Assembly: GCA_964016885.1 (NCBI GenBank)
Contig: OZ024753.1
Location: 35,898,001-35,962,000 of the forward strand
Direction of reading: 5' to 3'
From: Eledone cirrhosa
Taxonomy: Eukaryota
Length of the DNA: 64,000 nt
In this document: positions 1 to 11,954 of the stretch, one piece after another
Layout of the letters: each line of letters begins with the position of its first letter
Position numbering within the stretch: position 1 is the first letter of the stretch
Notes under the pieces: model-generated
Told to the model about the DNA's origin: nothing
What the model saw: the letters and a program-made list of their open reading frames with translations, nothing else
Database searches by the model: none
Program-made: the position numbers and the translations under genes

Positions 1-317
1 AATTTAAAACCTTTACATTTTACTGCATATAATTAATTAATTAATTATTTTTTAATGGATTGGCTGAATTATTAGAGTGTCAGACAAAATACTTTATGCT
101 ATTTGTTCTGGCTGTTTATGTTCTGATTATCCTTCCAATACCAACTTTGCCTTTCATCTTTCCAGAGTTGATATAATTGACTTTCCCCCTTCCCCTAAAT
201 TGCTGGCTTTGTTAGAAATAATTATTATTACTCCCTTACCTTTAGTCAATCTAAATCCCACTTAGTAGTGTTGTATTTTCCATTCTTTCTATTATTATTA
301 TTTTGTTTTTATTGTAG

Positions 318-419
318 GGAGGTCGTCATATAGACCATGTTTCAGATCCTTTGCTGAATAAAATAATTGAAATCATCAAGAGAAAAAACAAAGGTGGTTT
401 GAACATCAAACCATTTCAG
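318..419 (+). CDS. TOP2: TOP2 exon ([10 protein letters not shown]...NIKPFQ)
   Basis: tag| acceptor, |gtaagt donor; matches the ATPase/transducer GGRHVD motif. Confidence 0.92.
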
Positions 420-3400
420 GTAAGTTAGGAATACTTGTACTATTGCCTGTCTCGGAGAAGAATTACTAATGAGTAATATTTAACATTTTATATGTATTTA
501 AAAGTCTTTTAAACCCTCATTTACCATGTAAACACATGTAGTGTTTGACACAAAATGTAAACTTTTGCACAACATTAGACTTAAAACTACACAAGCGGCA
601 TTCGACTACTCTTTAAAATAATCACTGGAATGGGGTCATCTTCTCTATTAGGAATAATATCCCCATATTTTGACCAACCCTTTTCTGCTGCTGGAGGGAG
701 CCCACAATTTGGAATGCTTATTCCTATATCTCTCTTGCCATTCTCTGGAGCAAGGCTTTCTCCTTTCTGTCTGCTGGAACCACGAGATGACCTGTGCATG
801 GGTACCAATGTTATGACACTACTAAAAACATTTCCCTGTCATATTTCATATTTTCTCTCATTTTAGAGGTCATAATAAATGTAGATGTTTTGACTGCTTA
901 ATAATGAGAAAGTTTGTTATACTAAATCTCCCCAAATTTTTTTTATAATTATTTTCCAAATCATTAGAAAACAATAAGAAGTGTCTTATTAAAACATGGT
1001 AATGAAAGAGTTAATTACATTTTCATTTCATCCATTCACATCACAAATATTTCACGTTTCTAAAACTGCCTTTTTTCATTTGTTGTTCTTTCTAGATAAA
1101 AAGTCACATGTGGTTATTTGTAAATTGTCTAATTGAAAACCCGACTTTTGATTCCCAAACTAAAGAAAATATGACACTGCAACCAAAATCATTTGGTTCG
1201 AAATGTCAACCCAGCGAGAAATTTATTACTGCCGTGAGTATTCTTTTATTATTTAAAAAATGTTTTTTGTGGCTTGTAGGAGCCTAGATAAACATACATC
1301 GATGTGATCAACATGATAGGACTGGATTCTAGCATTAAAACTTCCGAGAAACTTTCTATGAGATGCAACTTTGAAGGAGGCCAGCTAAACCTAGACAGTT
1401 GTAAGCTGTAACAACATGATAGGATTGGAGCCCCTATCATTAAAACATCTAAAAGTGCCCTTGGGATACGACCTTGTAAGGAGACCAGCTAAGTGTACAT
1501 AGTGATGAGCTGTAAATTTAATTTTTCATTTTATTTGTGTTTGCTCCTAGTTCAGGGGAGATTTTTTTTCCATGCTGCAATTTACAGTAAACGGAAAAAA
1601 GAAAACCTCTTTTAAATTTTTTAAATTTTTTACTGTTACAACATATTTCTTCTCACCGGTCGCCGTTGAAACCTCAGGCATCCTCGGACCCCATACAGCT
1701 GAGCTCCTTTGCAAAATCGGAACGTCAACAGCCTGTTTGAGGAAGGAGCCCTGCGTGTTTGGGGTGGGTGTTGCTAGACATTGTCTGTGGGATGCAGCCG
1801 AAATACAGCCCTGACCTAGGCACATAGTCTGTCACCTTCTCCCGTTGCCTTGCCTAATAGTCCTTGCTCTTTCCTGACTTTTCTTCACATTTATGGCATT
1901 TATAGTCCTTTTCTTTACAGCCAGATCTGCCCTTCTTTTACCCCCCTGTTTTCTGTTTTGTAGGTAAGCAAATGTGGTATTGTTGAAAGTGTGATGAGTT
2001 GGATGAAGTTCAAAGAACAAGCTCAGCTACAGAAGAAATGTCATAGCTCAAAACACTCAAAACTAAAAGGGATTCCTAAACTGGACGATGCCAACTGGGC
2101 AGGAACAAAGAATTCCATCCACTGTACATTAATTCTGACTGAAGGAGATTCAGCCAAGTCTTTGGCTGTGGCTGGTCTCGGAATAGTTGGCAGAGATTGT
2201 TACGGTGTATTTCCCCTCAAGGGTAAAGTGTTAAACGTTCGTGAAGCTACTCATAAACAGGTGAGTATTTTTATACAGAATTTTCATTTTTCACTCCTTT
2301 CAGTATAGTATAGTAGACGAAGCAGACAATTGAAAATGGAGATTGAAATGATTGGGTCAGGTCAGGTCTTGAGTTGATATCTGGTTGTTGTATATATGGT
2401 GTCTGCTACTGAAATTGTGAGTGGCTGGCTGATAATATCTCCATTAGACATCTGTGATTGTTGTGCATGGGTGGCCTCTGTTCACAATGCTGTGGTGATT
2501 TCACTGATTGAAGCCAACATATATATATAGTGCCTGCTACTGGAATTGTGTGGCAGACTGACAATATCTATGTCAGACGTCTGTGATTGCCACTTATGGG
2601 TGGCTTCTGTTCACAAAGCTGTGGTGACTTCACTGGTTAGAGCCAGCACATATATGGTGGCAGGCTGACAATATCTATGCCAGACATCTGTGATTGCCAC
2701 TTATGGGTGGCTTCTGTTCACAAAGCTGTGGTGACTTCACTGGTTAGAGCCAGCACATATATGGTGGCAGGCTGACAATATCTATGCCAGACATCTGTGA
2801 TTGCCACTTATGGGTGGCTTCTGTTCACAAAGCTGTGGTGACTTCACTGGTTAGAGCCAGCACATATATGGTGGCAGGCTGACAATATCTATGCCAGACG
2901 TCTGTGATTGCCACTTATGGGTGGCTTCTGTTCACAAAGCTGTGGTGACTTCACTGGTTAGAGCCAACATATATATGGTGGCAGGCTGATAATATCTATG
3001 TCAGACATCTGTGATTGCCACTTATGGGCAGTCACTCTTTGTGATGGTATGGATGCTCTGGTTAGCACTGGCTTAACCAAAACCAGGTGAGTGCCAACTC
3101 AAGTACAAGTAATGTAATTATTTAATGATGAAAACATTATTTTTGAACTCTTTGCATTGCATAACATCTTATATTATTGCTTTAGATTATGGAGAATGCC
3201 GAAATCAACAACCTGATCAAAATTCTTGGACTTCAGTTCAAAGAGAAATACGAAGACGCTGAGAAGATACGTTCACTTCGTTATGGTAAAATTATGATAA
3301 TGACAGATCAGGATAATGACGGCTCTCACATCAAAGGATTGATAATCAACTTCATCCATCATTTCTGGCCCAACCTTTTACGACACAATGTAGTAGAAGA

Positions 3401-6400
3401 ATTCATTACACCTATTGTTAAGGTCAGTAAATGTTTTCTTTAACTCTTTAGCATTTAAATTGTCTGCATTCGGCCAGAATTCTCTCAACTCTTTCTGTTC
3501 AAACCCACCCTAATTGGCCACTCATACTGATGTTAAAGGTATGTTCTCAAAATAAATAACATCAAAATATCATAGCTTCGATATTATGTGAGATAAAGCC
3601 CTTACTGCCGAAATACAATAGTATATATAGAGTAATGTAAATGTTAACACTTTCTAACTAACTGATCCCATGCCATTGATTCATGCTTTTACAACACATT
3701 GACTCATCCCAAAGAGTTATTAATTATTTCATTACTAAAATGGTAATTTAACATGTCTTTGAAATTAAAGATGTATCTTCTGAACAATTTGAAATATCTT
3801 TGAAATTAAAAATGTACCTCCCGAACAATTTTTCAATTTAATATTATTGGATATTTTAAGAGACATAGTTTTATATAGAAATATCTTTGAAATACCCCCC
3901 CCCCCCCCCCCCCCCCCAAAAAAAAATACATGCCATCTATTAATAGAACTGTTATTTTATTCTTGCAGGTGTCAAAAAATAAGGTAGAAAAACCTTTCTA
4001 TTCCATACCAGAATTTGAAGAATGGCAACGTCAGACAGACAACTGGCATACATGGAAGGTCAAATACTACAAAGGTTTTTTTTTATTTTTTAACCTTCTT
4101 TAGGTCTTAGTAGCTGTTGATGGGCACCCCCCACCACCCCCACCCTCAATATCTTATTTATTAAATATTATATGATAGTCCTCGTCGGAGCAAGGTACAG
4201 CGTGGTCAACTCTGGTCAGACTTGTCTCCCAACGTGGGAGACCCGTCTAACCCATTCAAGCATGGAAAAATGGATGTTAAACGATGATGATGATGATGAT
4301 GGTGAATGACTTGCAATAATCTCCTTTTTTAATTTTTGTGTGTTTGTATGTGATGAATAGCAGTCGTTAGAACACCAGATAGAAATGTTTAGCAGTATGC
4401 CTTCTGGCTATATTCACTTTGAAATCAAATCTTGTCAAGGTGAACTTTTTCTTTTGACCTTTCAAAGTCAATAAATAAAGTATCGGTCAAGCCCTGGGGG
4501 TGACCCCCTCTGCCCGCTCCTTATCTGGAAGAAATTTGGATGTGTTCAGACCCAGAGAGGGATGGGCTCCATTGTTTAAAATGGTGATCCTAAGACTCTA
4601 TTAGGAGTTAAGGGCCTATGGGTGAATGGTTGGTCTGTAAATATGTGATAAACTAATTCTGTTGTATGCGGTAGTAAAGTTTGTATAAGTGACTCACCTT
4701 TTTACTGACACCTACTCAACCATGATGTCTGTTTTCCATGCTTACATGGGTTAGATGAGATCCTTTTCTGGCAGCTTGACAGGTTTCCTACAGCTGGATT
4801 TCTTTCCTGATACCAAGCCATACCTTATTCTAAGTATGGTACATGCTGGAAGACATATTGTTTGTTGGAGTCATAAACAACTGCTACTGTAGGTTTTATA
4901 TGGATTGTGGTGTCGAAATGCGGTTTGTAGTGTCGTATCACATGCTATGACGTATTTGTTAGTAGATTCTGCTGTGTAAAGTGTTTGTCCCTCAATTGTA
5001 CCTTCAGTGTTTGTTGTATTGTTTTTATCTTATCTTATAAATTGTGGCCCAGTAATGCAAGTCATGTCTCCTCTATTTCTTATCTTTGTCTTTTCTAATT
5101 AAAGAAACTGTAGTTATATATATTTACATTGGAAATAACATGTTAATTTACCTGTTACGGTGTTGGCTTGTCACCCATAGCTAATTTATCTGCATTTTGC
5201 TATTAGTTAAGACTTAAGACTTTCATAACCATATATCTAAGGAAAGACACCACCTACGATTTGCAAAACATCAAAATAATCGAGAATTTGGAGAGAGAGT
5301 TAGTAATATAACTAACATTCTTGTTAGTGGTGTGTGTACTACAGTTAAGTAGAGTTCACTGGTCTATGTTGCAGTAATTATGGCTAGTTGACAAAGTGTT
5401 TAACCCTTTAGCATTTAAACTAACTGTATTCGGCCAGAATTCTATGACTTTCTTTCTGTTCAAACCAGCCGTAACTGGCTGCTTGTACTTATGTTAAGGT
5501 ATTGTTCTCAAAATAAATAATATCAAATCTCGTAGATTCAATATTAAGTGAGATAAAGTGTTTACTGTGAAAATACAATAGTATATACACAGTAATGTAA
5601 ATGCTAAAGGGTTAAATTGACTATCTCTTCTCCATTTAACTGTAAAATCTGTAACAGACTGCTATATATATATATTAGAGAGCATACTCTGCTGATGGAT
5701 AGTAAATAGAGAAGAAGCATAATAATTCGTTAAATTGAATTTTTAACAGTTCATAATGTGTTTTCTTTTCTTTTCTTATTTGGGGACTTCTCCATCTCCC
5801 AGGTTTGGGTACCAGCACAACAAAAGAAGCTAAAGAATACTTTTCCGATATGGATCGCCACAGAATACCTTTCAAATATGAAGGGCCAGAAGATGATGCC
5901 TCAATAAATCTGGTTAGTTAGCTATCTATTACTTCTTTGCATTTTTATTTCTTTATTTATCAAATTACTTGTTGTTGTGAACACCATCTTGTCATTCACT
6001 TTTTCTGACAAATAGAGAGGGGTGAGGTTACTGCATACCTATTCTTAGCCAGTATATATATATTAAAACTAACATTAAAGTTTAAGCAAAGAATTGCTGC
6101 TTTCACCCTTAACGGGGTCTTCTCGTTAAGGGTGAAAGCAGCAATTCTTTGTTTAAACTTTAATCTGTTATTTAATAAATATTTGCTCTATGGTTTTATG
6201 TATTTCTTTATATATATATTTATCCTTATCAAGCCCTCTTCGGATTTTAGTCTTCACATTTATTATTATTGCTATATATATATATATATATAAGAAGGAA
6301 AGAGAGAAGGGAAAAAGAAAAGGAAGGGACACACACAGTCAACGCTGTAATGTGGTTGTGTAGGTAACAGTAAAAAGCTCCCAGTCCACACTGTAAATAT

Positions 6401-8002
6401 GGTTGGTGTTAGGAAGGGCATCCAACCGTAGAAAACCTGCCAGATAGTCCTATACGAGCAATCTTACCTCAAATGGGACAATTCCCGACCAATCTTACTT
6501 CAAATGGGACAATTCCTGTTTAACCCATGCTAGCGTGGAAGATATACGTTAAACAATGATGACGATGATATATATATATCATCATCATCATTATTATCAT
6601 TTCATTTTACGTCCGCTTTTTCCCTGCTTGCAAGGGTGGGACGGAAACTGATTCTGGCTTGATTTCTACAGCTGGATGCCCTTCCTAACACCAACCTCAT
6701 TTACAGTGAGTGGTGGTGCTTTTTTGCCGTGGCACCTCCACGACCACTTTGCAGTGGAATGATATGGACCCCAGTCCCTATCATCTCATTTCTACAGCTG
6801 AGTAAACTGGAGCAATGTGAAAATAAGTGTCTTGCTCAAGGAAACAATACATCACCCGGTCTGAGAATTGAACTCACAACTTTCGATTGCAAGGCCAATG
6901 CTCTAACCACTAAGCCATGTGCCTCCACGTATATATATATATATGCACAGGAAACAAGTACCACCAATCTCTGGGAGGGCCCTGTAGAAACAGTAGACAG
7001 CTTCTGCTACCTAGGTGACCGAATTAGCAACGGAGGTGGGTGCTCAGAAAGTACAATAACTAGGGTAAGAACGGGATGGAAGAAGTTTAGGGGAACTACT
7101 ACCACTGCTAGCTGCAAAAGGCTTCTCCCTCAGAATGAAAGGCAGACTGTATGATGCGTGTATCCGAACAGCGATGTTGCATGGTAGTGAGACCTGGGCG
7201 CTGAAGGTGGAAGACTTACGTAGATTAGAGAGAAACGAAGCCTGCATGCTCCGATGGATGTGTAACAGTAATATACGTGAACGACAAAGCATAAATGAAT
7301 TGAGAGAGAGACTGAGCATAAGAGGAATCAAATGCTGCGTGCAGGAGAGGCGGTTACGCTGGTATGGACATGTGATGCGTATGAAGGATGACAGCTGCAT
7401 AAAAAGGTGCAGAGCACTAGAAGTTGATGGAAACGCGGAGTGGGGAGACCCAAGATGACTTGGGATGAGGTGATAAAAGCCGACCTTACCCAACTACACC
7501 TCTCAAAGTCCAATGACACACGACCCGTGACTTCTGGCGTCACGCAGTAATACAGGGTACCCGACCTCCCATGGGTACATGCTGAAGCATATAAACAATA
7601 TGCCCCCCCCCCCCCCCCCCCCCCCCCCCCGCAAGGTGGTCGTGGAGGTGCCACGGCAAAAAAGCACCCAGCCCACACTGTAAAGTGGACGTGTAGGCGC
7701 CACGAAAAAGCACCCAGCACTCACTGTAAATGAGGTTGGTGTTAGGAAGGGCATCCAGCTGTAGAAATCAAGCCAGATCAGTTCCTGTATGAGCAAGGCA
7801 TGGTCAGCCGACCAGACACTGCCCACAACAGGACAACCCGTCCTAACCCATGCTAGCGTGGAAGAACGGACGTAAAACGGTGATGATGATGATGATGATG
7901 ATGCACACGTACACACACATGCAGGGTGACACTTCAACAGCATTCTAATAAATATTGCCTGTACAGGTAATCAAAGTGTGTATACATTTTTAAGGAACAG
8001 TT

Positions 8003-8043
<41 letters not shown>

Positions 8044-9384
8044 TTAATATAGATGAGATTCTACAGGACTAGAACTGTTTCATTCATTTGAAATCATCAG
8101 ATTCCTGATGATTTCAAATGAATGAAACAGTTCTAGTCCTGTAGAATCTCATCTATATTAAAACTGTTATACTCTGCTATGTATTGAGTACCTTACTGTG
8201 GTTACCTCCGATTCAACCCGGAATAACGTATATATATATATATATATATGACAGGCTTGGTACATTTTGTATGTTTTTTTATGACATTTTTCTAAATTAT
8301 GACATTTTTGTAAATTATGACATATTTCTTTTTTATGTCATTTTTTTTTTAGGCCTTCAGTAAAAAGAAAGCTGATGAGAGAAAAGAATGGCTTAGCAAC
8401 TGGATGGAGGAGAAACGAAGAAGAACAGAGATGGGACTTCCTGAGGTGAATATTATTCAAAAATACTTTCCTTCCATCCCATTGCTCTTATATTTCCAAA
8501 AGGAATGGAGCTACAAAGGTTTAAGTAAAATGAATGGGAAAAGGTTCTGAGAGCTACTATCCCACTTGACAACAAAAGGGGTTTCTCTCTCTCTCAATGA
8601 AAGGCCAGTTGTATGATTACTGTGTGCAAAGTGTGATAGTACTGAGACGTGCAGGGAATACATGAAGGCTGCACAGAAGGGAAGTGATAATTGTCTTGAT
8701 GAATGTGATGTTTAATGTGCATGAATGAAATAAGAGGAATTAGATGTAGTGTGCATCCTGGTTGGCATAAAAAATATTATTGTAGCTTTATCGATTGTTG
8801 AAAGTAAAATTAAATTTCTACATCCTGAATACTGACATTAATCCAAATAATTTTTATTGTTTTCTATTTTATTTTGTCTGTAGCTGTTTTTGTATGCCAA
8901 AGGAGTGTCGGAAATAACCTACAATCAGTTCATCAACCGGGAGTTAATTCTGTTCAGTTTCACAGATAATAACCGTTCAATCCCTTCGCTTGTTGATGGC
9001 CTGAAACCTGGTCAACGTAAAGTAATATTTACCTGTTTTAAAGAAATGACAAGAAGGAAGTGAAAGTAGCCCAGCTGGCTGGTTCTGTCGCAGAACTTTC
9101 CAGCATACCATCATGGTGAGGTAAGAACTATGGAACCAGTACATTTTCTCTTGAAAACCTGTAAAGTTATGTGCTACCATACTAAATGGTGCCATTTTTT
9201 TTTTTTTTTCTTCACTACCCCTGAACCACTATTTTGTTCTGTAGCACACACTAATGCTCCTTTCAATCCAGCTGCTTTTCAATGTGTATCTGAATATATG
9301 ATTAGTAGCTACCTATATATATGTCTGTCACTCACTCACTCACTCACTCACTCACTCTCCTCTCTCTCTCTCTCTCTCTCTCAC

Positions 9385-9482
<98 letters not shown>

Positions 9483-11691
9483 ACACTCACATATATAAAA
9501 ACACAGATATCTTGATTACATCAGAACCAAATGCTAACATTTGAGTTTTTTTCTTCCATTTTCCAGGCTTCACTTATGAGCACAATTATCAACTTAGCCC
9601 AGAACTTTGTGGGCTCCAATAACATAAATTTACTTCTGCCTATTGGGCAGTTTGGAACCCGGTTACACGGAGGCAAGGATGCTGCTAGCCCCCGTTATAT
9701 TTTTACACTATTAAGGTACGATATATTAATTGCAATCATATAGGTTCTATTTCAGTTTGGCTTTCTCAAATCAGACATTACCGCCTTCATCATCATCATC
9801 GTCATTGTCATTGTCATTGATGGCGCTGGCATGATTTGGCAGTGTTCTATGTCTGAATGAACTTCTTGATAATCTTTGTTTTTGAAATGAGATAATCTTC
9901 TCACATCAAATGTAAAGCAAAAATACAAGAGCCCCTCCTGTGTGTGTGTATATGTTTATATCTACACATACACACACACATTCAGACATTGAATAACATT
10001 TTTTCAGATATGTTTTATTCATGTTGTCAGTCCTGAGACACTGACATATCTTATAGAAACTTAAATAACTCTTACATCTTCATATATACTGAAATTTATA
10101 AATGGCTTAACATGTTTCATATTTTATTTCTTATTCATTTAACCCTTTAACATTTCCATGACACTATATTTACTATTCTATTTTGTGGTAAAGGCTTTAC
10201 CTCACATAATACTGAATCTATGAGATTTTGATATTATTTATTTTGAGAACAATACCTTAACGGCTGGTTTGAACGAGGTGAGAGGATTCTGGCCTTTAAC
10301 GACCGGTTTAAATGCTAAAGGGTTAAAAGTCTAATCGTCACTCAACTGTTTTGTCCAGTAGTAAAGATACTTTAAACGTTTCAATTAATAACATTTTCAG
10401 ATATTTTCTGCCAAATCATTACAAGCAGCTTGATGTGCGAGGGTTGGTGTATGTGGTGCTTATTTAGTTTTTTTCTTTTGCATTTGCAGTCCTGTGACGA
10501 AAAGGATCTTTCATCCTCATGATATGCCAATCTTGAACAACCTCTATGACGACAACCAGAAAATAGAACCTGAATACTATATTCCCATTATTCCAATGGT
10601 ATTGGTAAATGGAACTGATGGCATTGGTACAGGATGGAGTACAAAAATTCCAAATTACAACCCGAGAGAGATTATATCAAATATCAAACGAATGTTGTCT
10701 GGAAACGATCCTGTCGAGATGGTGATTATTTTTAACTTCTTTTTTTACTTCACATGATATACCAGTCATATGATGAGGTGATATTCTAGTGAGTGTGTTT
10801 GTTTGTGTGTGTATCAAGATCAACATCATTTAACATTTGTTTTCTCTGCTAGTAAGAGTTGAACAAGTAGTCACAAAGCAAGTCAGTACTTAACGTTACT
10901 GACCTCTCAGACAGGCCAAGTGCAGCAGCTTGCTTATGTATGTTCCAGCATTTTATGGCACTAGGGACATTGTCATGTCTTTGACACAACTGAAGTGTCC
11001 TCCTGGACTTTTTGTTTAGAAGGATTTCTACTGTTGTTGTTGTTTTTACCCAGTTCCAATTTTTAGGGATGTCTTTACATATGGATGCCCCTTTTCACAC
11101 ACACACACACACACACACTAGTGTTTCCTGTCATATGACTGCTAATTTTGGGAGCATAATTTTGCTGTTATCAGTGTGACCACCTATATATATATAGCAA
11201 ACAGTTCTAATCCTGTAGAAGCCATTTCTATATTAAAAAACAAAAAAAAACAAAAAAACTCCATGCTGTAAAGTGGTTGTGTAGGTAACACGGTAAAAAG
11301 CACCCAGCACTCACTGTAAATGTGGTTGGTGTTAGGAAGGGCATCCAGCCGTAGAAAACCTGGCAGGCAGTGCTATACGATCGAGACACGGTCATTCGAC
11401 CAATCTTGCCTCAATTGGGACAATTCCCGTCTATTCCATGCTAGCATGGAAGATAGACGTTAAACGATGATGATGTTATTGGATAACTGAATTCTATTAC
11501 CAGAATATCCCCTAATCCCAAGGATGCCCTTAGGATGTGAAATTTAAATGAACATTGTACTAAACTAAGCTTAATATTAGATATATACTCTTTATAGGTA
11601 AGTTTTCTATAAATACTCCCCACACATGCCAAAATTAAATATATGAGTGATACATGGTCATCAGATGTTTGTAAAACAAATAGTACGTGTG

Positions 11692-11726
<35 letters not shown>

Positions 11727-11732
11727 TTAATC

Positions 11733-11821
<89 letters not shown>

Positions 11822-11825
11822 ATCG

Positions 11826-11873
<48 letters not shown>

Positions 11874-11890
11874 TATACATACATACATAC

Positions 11891-11954
<64 letters not shown>

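Noticed and set aside
9037-9043. TTTAAAG as a canonical -1 ribosomal slippery site
   Set aside because: The heptamer is not in the required phase of the TOP2 frame; tandem slippage from TTT AAA would put TAA in the A site
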